The notes under the pieces were generated by a model. That model was not told where the DNA came from, did no database searches, and saw only the letters and a program-made list of their open reading frames with translations. From a virus (taxonomy: Duplodnaviria > Caudoviricetes): 32,103 bases of DNA. The position numbers were made by a program, and so were the translations under genes. Positions 17,267 through 25,559 of this stretch are shown here, piece by piece (position 1 is the first letter of the stretch; each line of letters starts with the position of its first letter). The stretch lies in the IMG/VR virus record IMGVR_UViG_3300025011_000137, positions 1-32,103 of that record. One strand, 5' to 3'.

Positions 17267-17642
17267 CCTGAAAACAGCAGTATACAACCTAATAAATGCA
17301 GTAGCGAAAGCGATAGAATCAGGCCATGTTGAAAAAGATGAGGCTTTTCCATATGCGGTGTATGCCCTTAGAAACAGCATCGAGGGCGGTACAGATAACT
17401 TCGGCAGCATCATCTATCCACTTGAGATTGACGTGATGGATCATGACATGGGCAAGGACACTACAGCCATTGAAAACCTGGCTGATACCATAGATACCGC
17501 ACTTAACAGAGTGCATTATGTGGGTAGTAATTTTTATTTCCATTGTATCAGGGAGAGCCGGGATCCGAACTACCCGACTCCTGATGAATATACACTCCGG
17601 AGGAATCTTCGGTATCAAGTAAAAGTATTTACGAAAGGATGA
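17253..17642 (+). CDS. Tail completion/terminator protein
   Basis: AFPYAVY, LEIDVMD pattern; position before tail tube. Confidence 0.78.
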   Translation: MTTVDLKTAVYNLINAVAKAIESGHVEKDEAFPYAVYALRNSIEGGTDNFGSIIYPLEIDVMDHDMGKDTTAIENLADTIDTALNRVHYVGSNFYFHCIRESRDPNYPTPDEYTLRRNLRYQVKVFTKG

Positions 17643-17647
17643 TTTGA

Positions 17648-18529
17648 ATGAGCGTAAAAGCAAATGCACCGATGGGAGATCCATCAACGGAGTACCTGGG
17701 GCCAGGTGCGATATATTTTAATTACGGCGAGGCCGGTGAGGTAGTAGTAGGGGTGACCAAGGGCGGATCCGAGTTTAAGGATGGCGCTGAATTCAGGCAC
17801 CGTGAATCTGATGGGGATTATGGTCCGGTCAAAGGTGCCATAGATCTCATAAAAATGACACCTGTGCTGAAGATACGGACTCTAAAAATTGACAAAACGA
17901 ACTTGCAGAAATACTATGCGGGTATGTCTTTGGATGACGCAGATGGCACATACAGCAAGCTTACCAGGATGGTGGATCTCTCCAGCAGCTATATTGATAA
18001 TGTGGCATTCGTAGGGCAGAACCGTACTGGGGAAGATATCATCATCATCCTGTATGATGCTATCGGTCTGAGTGCACTGGCTATGGCCTTTACAAAAGAT
18101 GTAGAGATCATTCCTGAGATCGAGCTGACAGCAACATTCGATCCTGCCACTTTCGTTAAAACCGATGCCAGCACATATCCGTATCAGGTCTGGCTGCAAA
18201 AGGCTGCTGATACAACAGCTCCTACGGTAACATGTGTACCCGCTGACGCCGCAACAGGTGTGGCAACGAGCGTAAATGTAGTCTGGACATTCAGCGAAGC
18301 CATTAACCCTGCCAAGATGATCGGCACTAATTTCTTCTTGATGGGGGCTGATGGAACACCAGTGGCCGGCGCTCTGAGTATTGGAACGAATGACACCGTT
18401 GTTACATTCAATCCTACAGATGCCTTGTCGGGGGCTACGGGTTACCTCGCGATTGTAACAACTGCTGTAACTGATGTATCCGGTAACGCTCTGGCTGCTA
18501 CAAATGTAACCAATTTCACAACTGCTTAA
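17648..18529 (+). CDS. Major tail tube protein with in-frame C-terminal Ig-like (Big_5-type) domain
   Basis: LGPGAIYFNY..GVTKGGS tube domain; DTTAPTV...FSEAI...FNPT...DVSGNAL...FTT Ig-like pattern. Confidence 0.88.
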   Translation: MSVKANAPMGDPSTEYLGPGAIYFNYGEAGEVVVGVTKGGSEFKDGAEFRHRESDGDYGPVKGAIDLIKMTPVLKIRTLKIDKTNLQKYYAGMSLDDADGTYSKLTRMVDLSSSYIDNVAFVGQNRTGEDIIIILYDAIGLSALAMAFTKDVEIIPEIELTATFDPATFVKTDASTYPYQVWLQKAADTTAPTVTCVPADAATGVATSVNVVWTFSEAINPAKMIGTNFFLMGADGTPVAGALSIGTNDTVVTFNPTDALSGATGYLAIVTTAVTDVSGNALAATNVTNFTTA

Positions 18530-18551
18530 TAAATGAAGGGGGATTGTACCA

Positions 18552-18893
18552 ATGACGATCAATACAGAGAAAGCATTCGACATGCTGCCTTATGCAGTAG
18601 AAATCATAGAGAAGGTTGATATGAGGGGGTACATCCTCCGAAATAAAGGCGTTCTTAACACAAAGGATAAGGATGATGCGGATAAGATTTTGAAGGACAA
18701 GGGCTTTGATTTTGCCATGCACATTCTTAAAAATACAGGAAAGATAAAGTCTGAAGTGTTTGAGATACTGGCCATAGTTCATGACAAGCCTGCTGACGAA
18801 ATCAAAGCCCAACCATTTAGTGAGACCATACTGCAGCTGAAAGTCCTGTTGCAGGACAAGGAGCTAATTGGTTTTTTCAAGTCAGCTATGTAA
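18552..18893 (+). CDS. Tail assembly chaperone (G)
   Basis: Between tube and tape measure; ends in slippery T TTT TTC. Confidence 0.85.
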   Translation: MTINTEKAFDMLPYAVEIIEKVDMRGYILRNKGVLNTKDKDDADKILKDKGFDFAMHILKNTGKIKSEVFEILAIVHDKPADEIKAQPFSETILQLKVLLQDKELIGFFKSAM

Positions 18894-18928
18894 TTGGGTG
18901 GGAAAGATCTCTCACCCTTTTACATAGC
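18872..18928 (+). promoter_or_regulatory. Programmed -1 ribosomal frameshift signal
   Basis: T TTT TTC heptamer 18872-18878, 6-nt spacer, stem-loop 18885-18928. Confidence 0.85.
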
Positions 18929-19207
18929 AATTATAATTATGTGTACCTAATACGGCAAAGGCCGGGAATACTCACTAAGCTCCTGCAGCATGCGAGAAAT
19001 TCAGAACTAGAACAAAGGGCATGGGAACGGTGGCTTACATTATATCTAGTTTCGCAATTAGCAGGGGGGTCAAGTCTCCCATCCTTTGAAAATTACTTCG
19101 GACAGGTGAAAGCAGTAGACAATAATGTTACTGAGGAAGATTATTCTGGCATATTAAAGAAAGCCGAATTAACAAAAGCGAAGCATCAAAAAACGATGAA
19201 GCGGTGA
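18872..19207 (+). CDS. Tail assembly chaperone extension (T part of GT fusion)
   Basis: -1 frame open from the slippery site to 19207; no RBS before GTG 18941. Confidence 0.8.
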   Translation, partial: FFQVSYVIGWERSLTLLHSNYNYVYLIRQRPGILTKLLQHARNSELEQRAWERWLTLYLVSQLAGGSSLPSFENYFGQVKAVDNNVTEEDYSGILKKAELTKAKHQKTMKR

Positions 19208-19211
19208 TAAT

Positions 19212-21704
19212 GTGGAAATTTTCAGACTTTTCGGAAGCGTCCTTTTAAAAGGTGGAGACGAGACTGAGAAACAGCTTGATAGTATAGATAAAAAAGGTCA
19301 GTTAACAGGCCTCTCGTTAGAGAAGCTTGGCGGTAAACTGCTCAAGGCGGGGGCTGTTGTCTCAGTGGGACTGACAGTGCCACTGGTGGCGCTCGGTAAG
19401 GGCATGCTTGAGATAGGCATGGCTGCTGTAGAGTCGGAAAACCTTTTTAGCGTCAGTTTGGGAATGATGGCAGACAAGGGGAGAAAGTGGTCAGAAAACC
19501 TCAGAGACACTCTTGGGCTGAACGAATATGAGCTTCGTAAAAACGTTGGTTCTATGGATGCCATGCTAAAGTCGATGGGTTTAGGGGAAACAGCAGCATA
19601 TGATATGGCATCGGGGCTAACACAGCTATCCTATGACATGGCCTCTTTCTATAACCTAAAACCGGAAGAAGCCTTTGCGAAGCTTCAAGCCGGTATAAGC
19701 GGCGAAGCAGAGCCGCTTAAACGCTTGGGTATTTTAATCAACGACACTACTATAGAAACTTATGCGATGACTAAAGGCATTGTTGCTCAGGGTGAAGAAA
19801 TGACGGAGCAGCAAAAAGTATTGGCGAGGTTTGGGGTCATAATGGAGCAGACGAAGCTCGCGCAGGGGGACCTCGCCAGGACAATAGACAGCCCTACGAA
19901 TAGACTGAGGATCCAGCAGGAGCAATGGAAACAAATACAGGTTGATCTAGGCATGAAGATTATCCCGATATTTTCAAAGGTTCTTGGTGTAGTCAACGAT
20001 GTTACCGGCTTTTTAGGTAGATTAACTGAAAAGCAACTCGATTTTATCGTAAAAACAGGATTGGTGGCTGCAGGGGTAGGACCTCTTATTACGATAATAG
20101 GCGGCTTAACATCAGCTGTGGGATTCTTGTCAGCTGCCTTTGCATTTCTTGCTGCAAACCCTGTTGTTTTGGTTCTGGCCGCAGTTGCAGCTGCTGTGGG
20201 TGGGATCATTTTTCTCGTAAATAGAGCAAATTCAACGATAGATGAAATGTCCAAAGGTCTGGTTGAAGCCATAGAGCTTGACAGGGATGCATCCCTTAAA
20301 GCCTCGGAAGAGAAATATCAAGCTTTGTACAACACCAAGCAGAAAGAGCTTGAAATGGCAGTAAATGCTTCCAATAAAAGCATTGAACTGCTTGATAAAG
20401 AGTACGAGGCGGCTGTTGATGGTGCCGAAAAAAAAGAAAAAGCGCTTATCGCGGGCATTCAAAAACGCAAGGAAGCTGCGGATAAAGAATACAATGACAA
20501 CATCGCAAGGATCAGAGATGAGTACGGCGTTTTTGAAGAAAAGACAAACAGTAAGACAGACATCGCGCGGGAAGGCTATGACAAAGAAGTCGAGTTTGCT
20601 ACCGATGCATATAATGAAAAAATAGCCCTTCTTGATGCAGAATACGCGGCGCAGCTTAGAAACATTGATGCTGAGAAAAACGAGAAAATTAGAGCTCTGC
20701 AGGATCAGATTTTCGCCATAGACACTAAAACCAAAGAAGAAAACAGGTTGATCCGGGAGCAGAAAGACATTGAAAAACAGCTGGCCCTTGAAGCAAAGAT
20801 AGCGGCCGCTACTGACGCTGAAGAACGCAGGGCGCTTCAGAATGAATTACAGGCCTTCCTCATCGGTATAGCAAGGGAAAAAATCCTCGAACAGAGAGAA
20901 GCAGAGAAATCTGCGCTGGCCGAAAAGATAGAAGAAGAGAAAAAAGCGGCAGAAACCAAAAAAGAGGTTGCCAAAACCGAGCTAGAAAAGCAAAAAGAGC
21001 TTCTTGAGGCGAGCCTTAATAATGAAAAGGAAATCCTTAAAAAGAAGCTTGATGAAAACATTCGAGTCATTCAAGAAGAAAGAGTTAAAAAAGAAGAGGC
21101 TGAAAAAGCAAAATATGAAGCGGCAAAAGCCGCGCTTGATAAAGAGTCAGAGGCAATGGACGGATGGCTCGAAAATTATAAGGTTAAGCTTGCGGAAGAG
21201 GTAGAGGCAAAGAAAAAAGCTGAATCTGAAAAACTGCAGGCTGTAAAAGACCGTATGGCAGAAGAGCAGATGATTATCCAGCTCCAGGCAGAAGAAGAGA
21301 AGAAGCGGATTGCGGAAGAGGCAGCTAGAAAAGCCGAAGAAGCAAGGAAAAAGGTAGCAGACGGGCTAACCTTCGCTGACAAATATCTTCCTGCACTGAA
21401 GGACGGAAGACTCCTGCCGGGGCTGCCCACATTTGATGAGATGTTCCCCGATATGTACAGTGACATTCCGGGTATGGCTACCGGGGGGAATGTACAACGC
21501 AGTGGTGCGGCTATTATAGGAGAGAATGGTCCTGAACTTCTTGACTTTCCAAGGGGTGCCAGGGTTACTCCGCTGGATAAGGCTTCGGGCGGTGTCGTTG
21601 TAAATCTTTATTATCCTACGCTGCTTAACAGGCAGGCTATAGAAGAGATCGGCGAGCAGCTTGTGAGTGTTATAAGAACAAATACCGGATTGAGGACGGT
21701 GTAA
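19212..21704 (+). CDS. Tape measure protein
   Basis: MEIFRLFGS start, DMASFYN...GEAEPLKRLG, hydrophobic middle, long coiled coil, ATGG...GENGPEL C-terminus. Confidence 0.92.
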   Translation: MEIFRLFGSVLLKGGDETEKQLDSIDKKGQLTGLSLEKLGGKLLKAGAVVSVGLTVPLVALGKGMLEIGMAAVESENLFSVSLGMMADKGRKWSENLRDTLGLNEYELRKNVGSMDAMLKSMGLGETAAYDMASGLTQLSYDMASFYNLKPEEAFAKLQAGISGEAEPLKRLGILINDTTIETYAMTKGIVAQGEEMTEQQKVLARFGVIMEQTKLAQGDLARTIDSPTNRLRIQQEQWKQIQVDLGMKIIPIFSKVLGVVNDVTGFLGRLTEKQLDFIVKTGLVAAGVGPLITIIGGLTSAVGFLSAAFAFLAANPVVLVLAAVAAAVGGIIFLVNRANSTIDEMSKGLVEAIELDRDASLKASEEKYQALYNTKQKELEMAVNASNKSIELLDKEYEAAVDGAEKKEKALIAGIQKRKEAADKEYNDNIARIRDEYGVFEEKTNSKTDIAREGYDKEVEFATDAYNEKIALLDAEYAAQLRNIDAEKNEKIRALQDQIFAIDTKTKEENRLIREQKDIEKQLALEAKIAAATDAEERRALQNELQAFLIGIAREKILEQREAEKSALAEKIEEEKKAAETKKEVAKTELEKQKELLEASLNNEKEILKKKLDENIRVIQEERVKKEEAEKAKYEAAKAALDKESEAMDGWLENYKVKLAEEVEAKKKAESEKLQAVKDRMAEEQMIIQLQAEEEKKRIAEEAARKAEEARKKVADGLTFADKYLPALKDGRLLPGLPTFDEMFPDMYSDIPGMATGGNVQRSGAAIIGENGPELLDFPRGARVTPLDKASGGVVVNLYYPTLLNRQAIEEIGEQLVSVIRTNTGLRTV

Positions 21705-21707
21705 ACA

Positions 21708-23492
21708 ATGATCACAATATCTGGTAACGAAGTACCAATAGTAAAAAATAGCTTACGTATCAGGGGTGTAGTCGAGGAAAGATCCATAGCTTCCTTTGGT
21801 GTTGGTAATTCTTCCAGTGAGTATATTAAAGGACAGCCCGTGCTTATTTACGATGATGATTCCGATTTAATATATGCTGGGGTAGTTGAACAATCCCAAA
21901 AAATAAGAGCTGGGGCATCGTTTATACACGATATTACCTGCTTAGATTGGCATTACCTTACCGACAAAAGGATCATTGCAAAATCATATGAGGCGGAGCT
22001 TGCCGGGTATATCGTATCCGATATAATTACAAGTTACCTTGCTGCCGAGGGTATTACTGTCGGGGAGATACAGGACGGCCCTGTAATCGCAGAGGCTGTA
22101 TTCAACTACATTTATATTACCCAGGCGCTGGATAGCCTGGCTGAGAAAACAGGATTCACCTGGTATATTGACGAGGCCAAGGCCTTGTATTTTATTGACC
22201 GGTCAATAAAATACGCCCCATTCACGCTGACTGAATCTGACTGTGAAAAAGGATCTATAAGCGTTGAGAAAGGGAATCCTAAATACCGTAACAGGCAATA
22301 CATCAAAGGTGTACGGGATATTACAGATCCGTATTCCGAGAAGCATCTCGGCGATGGTAAGGCACGATCATGGACAGTACCTTTCCCGATTGCTAAAGAG
22401 CCTACAATAAAAATAAACGGTACTGCTGTAGCTGCTGCAGATATCGGAATTCGAGGTATAGAAACTGAGAAAAAGTACTACTGGTCAAAGAATGACAAGA
22501 TAGTAAATCAAGATGCAGCTGAGACAGTACTCTCCTCCAGTGATGAGATTGAGATCATATCGGAGGGGTATTTTGATATAGTGGCATTAACTTATAATCC
22601 GGATGCTATCGATGCCCTTAAATTGATCGAGGGGGCGGGTACAGGGTATGTGGAGGCTGTAGATGATGAACCGGCCACAACTACCAGGGACTCAGCTTTC
22701 CAGATTGCAAATCAGCGCTTAGAGAAGTATGGCACGATAGACCATAGAATTAAGGCTAAAACTACACGTAAAGGGCTTAAACCTGGGCAGCTGCTTCCGG
22801 TTAGTTTTACTGATTACGGTGTATCCGTCAATGCTCTGATTGAGTCTGTTGTTATTGAGCGCATAGATAATATCTACTATTATAATATCACTGCTGTTGA
22901 GGGTCCGGTATACGGTTCCTGGGCAAAGCTATTTTATAAGATTGCCACCAGCCGGCTAGACTTCACAATTCGGGAGAATATCGGTGAGGATGAGATGCTC
23001 ACATTACTGCAGACATTCTCCAAAACATGGATCGAGGCAACAAGCAACAACATATTCAAAGAAATATATGCAGCTGACACGCTGTTTCCTTCGGATACTT
23101 TATTCCCTATGTTTGAGACCGAGGATAGAGTAAAATACCTTGAGCTGCTTGACGGTACTGACCAGGTTATTATCCGGAAGCCTATAACAAAGCAGACCGG
23201 CGCAGACACAGACGAGATAGAGTCTATAGTCATGCTGTTGTCATTTGAAGCTAATGTTACGATCGCTAAAGTAAGATGGTACGGCGGTACATTTGCAACC
23301 ACTACAAACGGCTCAGGTATACTGGTAGATGAGCAGGTTTATGCACATGAGAAGACACAGTTTGAAGTCATACAGATGGCAAAAACAGATACGCGTAACT
23401 TCGTACCAATGACGGGCACAAAGGCGCTTACCGTAGCATATTGGCAGGGCGTAGATGATGACGTGGAAGCATACCTTGCACATTCGGCGTAG
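21708..23492 (+). CDS. Tail tip/hub protein with fused C-terminal baseplate-like domain
   Basis: Follows TMP; ALDSLAEKTGFTWYID, YRNRQYIKG, GLKPGQLL hub-type motifs. Confidence 0.75.
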   Translation: MITISGNEVPIVKNSLRIRGVVEERSIASFGVGNSSSEYIKGQPVLIYDDDSDLIYAGVVEQSQKIRAGASFIHDITCLDWHYLTDKRIIAKSYEAELAGYIVSDIITSYLAAEGITVGEIQDGPVIAEAVFNYIYITQALDSLAEKTGFTWYIDEAKALYFIDRSIKYAPFTLTESDCEKGSISVEKGNPKYRNRQYIKGVRDITDPYSEKHLGDGKARSWTVPFPIAKEPTIKINGTAVAAADIGIRGIETEKKYYWSKNDKIVNQDAAETVLSSSDEIEIISEGYFDIVALTYNPDAIDALKLIEGAGTGYVEAVDDEPATTTRDSAFQIANQRLEKYGTIDHRIKAKTTRKGLKPGQLLPVSFTDYGVSVNALIESVVIERIDNIYYYNITAVEGPVYGSWAKLFYKIATSRLDFTIRENIGEDEMLTLLQTFSKTWIEATSNNIFKEIYAADTLFPSDTLFPMFETEDRVKYLELLDGTDQVIIRKPITKQTGADTDEIESIVMLLSFEANVTIAKVRWYGGTFATTTNGSGILVDEQVYAHEKTQFEVIQMAKTDTRNFVPMTGTKALTVAYWQGVDDDVEAYLAHSA

Positions 23493-23504
23493 GAGGGGTT
23501 AATA

Positions 23505-24794
23505 TTGGCTACCTGGACAGAGGAAACACCTATAAGTGTAACAAATTTAAATGACCTTGAAGATAGAATTGCTACAGCCGATGCAGCTGTGGTTGCTGGT
23601 AAGGCTGCTGTAGCTGCCGCCATAACTGCCATGGGGCAGGCTGCGGATGGCAGCGAAACATATGCTCAGTTAGCCGGGCACATAGCAGATATTTCAGACG
23701 ATGCAACAGCTGCTGTAGGGGATGTACTTAATACAAAGACCTTTTATCAGGGTGGCAATAAAAAAACTGGTACAATGCCAAATAGGGGTAGCGTGGGCAC
23801 TCAAAATCTTACCACAGAAGGTCAAGAGTACACAATAGCAGCAGGATATCACAATGGGCTGGGAAAAGTAAAGGCAGTAATAACAAATCTTATAGCAAGT
23901 GTCTTAAAGCATGGAGCAGTAGTAGGTGGAATTACCGGCAATTATGACACAGAGGCATCAGTACCAATAACGGCGGCTACCGTACTTACTGGCAAAAAAG
24001 GACGGGTAAACGGTGCCACCATCACGGGTACAATGCCGGACAGGGCAGGAGATACAGCAGCATTATCACAGACGAGAAGTGGTACAACGATTAAATTAAG
24101 GGCTTCTGATGGATTCAGGGACGGAACGAATGATTATGTCACACATGCCGACGCCAATGACGTGGCAGCTAATATTAAAGCGGGAGTACCGATTAGAGGG
24201 TTAACAGGAACGTTTACATCGGACGCAAATGCTGCGGCAAGTGATATTGTTCTAAATAAAACAGCTTATGTAAATGGAGCTAAATTGACAGGAAGCCATT
24301 CAGCTATTCAAAGCATACAAACAGGAGAGATCGATACTCCTTACACAGACCTTTCTACTGATGTAACTATATCTAGTGTAGATATAACAAAAACTATTGT
24401 TATAGTCAATAAACCAGGAGTAAACTCAGCAAATCATGAATGGGGATTGGGTTATGGATATTTGATCGATGCTACCACATTACGTATTTACGGAAAGGGA
24501 ATAGCATATTATCAGGTTATTCAGTTTAATAGCGATGCCGTAAAATCATTAAACAGAGGAGTAGCAGACTTTATCTCAAACATGGGAGATGGCTATTATG
24601 GAGTAAACATTACAATACCGGCGGTTAATATGGCAAAAACTATAGTATTTTGCCAAAATTTCGACAATGGTAGTGAAACATATGTTGCCGCCTACATTAA
24701 CGCAGAAGCCAGTTTGACAAGCAGTACAAATTTACGTGTCAGGCGAGTTGGATATGCATGGGAAGCTTATTATTATGTAGTAGAATTCAATTAA
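23505..24794 (+). CDS. Tail fibre/receptor-binding protein
   Basis: Three DATA...VNG..TGTM repeats, then two tandem SIQTG/SLNRG...VIQFN/VVEFN domains; TTG start with AGGAGG RBS. Confidence 0.8.
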   Translation: MATWTEETPISVTNLNDLEDRIATADAAVVAGKAAVAAAITAMGQAADGSETYAQLAGHIADISDDATAAVGDVLNTKTFYQGGNKKTGTMPNRGSVGTQNLTTEGQEYTIAAGYHNGLGKVKAVITNLIASVLKHGAVVGGITGNYDTEASVPITAATVLTGKKGRVNGATITGTMPDRAGDTAALSQTRSGTTIKLRASDGFRDGTNDYVTHADANDVAANIKAGVPIRGLTGTFTSDANAAASDIVLNKTAYVNGAKLTGSHSAIQSIQTGEIDTPYTDLSTDVTISSVDITKTIVIVNKPGVNSANHEWGLGYGYLIDATTLRIYGKGIAYYQVIQFNSDAVKSLNRGVADFISNMGDGYYGVNITIPAVNMAKTIVFCQNFDNGSETYVAAYINAEASLTSSTNLRVRRVGYAWEAYYYVVEFN

Positions 24795-24805
24795 GGAGGT
24801 ACATT

Positions 24806-25069
24806 ATGGAATTTTTTTACGCACAAATTGATTTACAATCAGGCAGAGTTATAAGTGTTTCATCGCTTGCTGGTGAAGTTAATGCCGCAAATATGATAAG
24901 ACTTAATAACTTGGATTATTCTCTGATTGGGAAAATATACACAGGAGAGTATATCTTTATCGATGATCCTAATCCACCAGAGATTCCTCCAGAGCCTCCC
25001 AGCGAATTGGAACAAAGGCTTGCTGACCTAGAGATGGCCATAGCTGCAATATTGGGAGGTGCTATGTGA
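24806..25069 (+). CDS. Tail fibre chaperone-like protein (XkdW-like position)
   Basis: AAGGAGG RBS; Pro-rich linker then ELEQRLADLEMAIA. Confidence 0.75.
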   Translation: MEFFYAQIDLQSGRVISVSSLAGEVNAANMIRLNNLDYSLIGKIYTGEYIFIDDPNPPEIPPEPPSELEQRLADLEMAIAAILGGAM

Positions 25070-25209
25070 TGCTTGTATGGAAGAAAAACATATTTATCAG
25101 GGTAATTACATCAAGGATGGCAGCGGAGAGCAGGACAGCAGCGGATATAATTGCTGAATATACAGCACTCTTACCAGAGGAAAAAGCAGAGATACTTGAA
25201 GCACTCTGA
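25069..25209 (+). CDS. 46-aa XkdX-like small protein (not in ORF track)
   Basis: GGAGG RBS; TGATG coupling; ...LLPEEKAEIL. Confidence 0.7.
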   Translation: MLVWKKNIFIRVITSRMAAESRTAADIIAEYTALLPEEKAEILEAL

Positions 25210-25225
25210 ACAGAGTGCTTTCTTT
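25199..25225 (+). terminator. Terminator ending the tail operon
   Basis: AAGCACTCTG-AA-CAGAGTGCTT then TCTTT. Confidence 0.7.
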
Positions 25226-25226
25226 A

Positions 25227-25258
25227 TTGCAAAAATTTACAGGCTTGTTTGGTATTCT
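25227..25258 (+). promoter_or_regulatory. Putative late promoter 4 (20-bp spacer class)
   Basis: TTGCAA-N20-TATTCT upstream of the lysis cassette. Confidence 0.65.
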
Positions 25259-25287
25259 GTATTTGAAATACATTCCGGGGGTGCAGT

Positions 25288-25557
25288 ATGGTAAACATAA
25301 TTACTTTAATTGGATCAATCCTTGGTATTTTTATCACTATTGGCGGACTTGTAATAGCACTAGTTAAAATGTTCAACAAAATAGCAAAACGATTTGAGCA
25401 AGTGGAAGAGTCCAGCAAATTCCGCAAAGAGGAAAACATCGTCTTGATTAAGGCTACACTCGCTATTTGTGATGGGCTTATCCAGCTAAAATGCAACGGC
25501 CCTGTTACAAAGTGCAAGCTTGATCTGCAGGAGTATTTGATACAAAGGGGTGAATAA
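25288..25557 (+). CDS. Single-TM holin-like/lysis accessory protein
   Basis: N-terminal TM plus soluble tail with CNGPV; precedes endolysin. Confidence 0.7.
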   Translation: MVNIITLIGSILGIFITIGGLVIALVKMFNKIAKRFEQVEESSKFRKEENIVLIKATLAICDGLIQLKCNGPVTKCKLDLQEYLIQRGE

Positions 25558-25559
25558 AA

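Noticed and set aside
17648-18529. Frameshift-dependent Ig domain on the tail tube or capsid
   Set aside because: The Ig-like domain is fused in frame; no CCC-TAA or slippery heptamer noticed at the tube junction or capsid stop.
23505-24794. Diversity-generating retroelement or invertible tail-fibre system
   Set aside because: No reverse transcriptase, no near-identical template/variable repeat pair and no inverted fibre cassette seen in the window.
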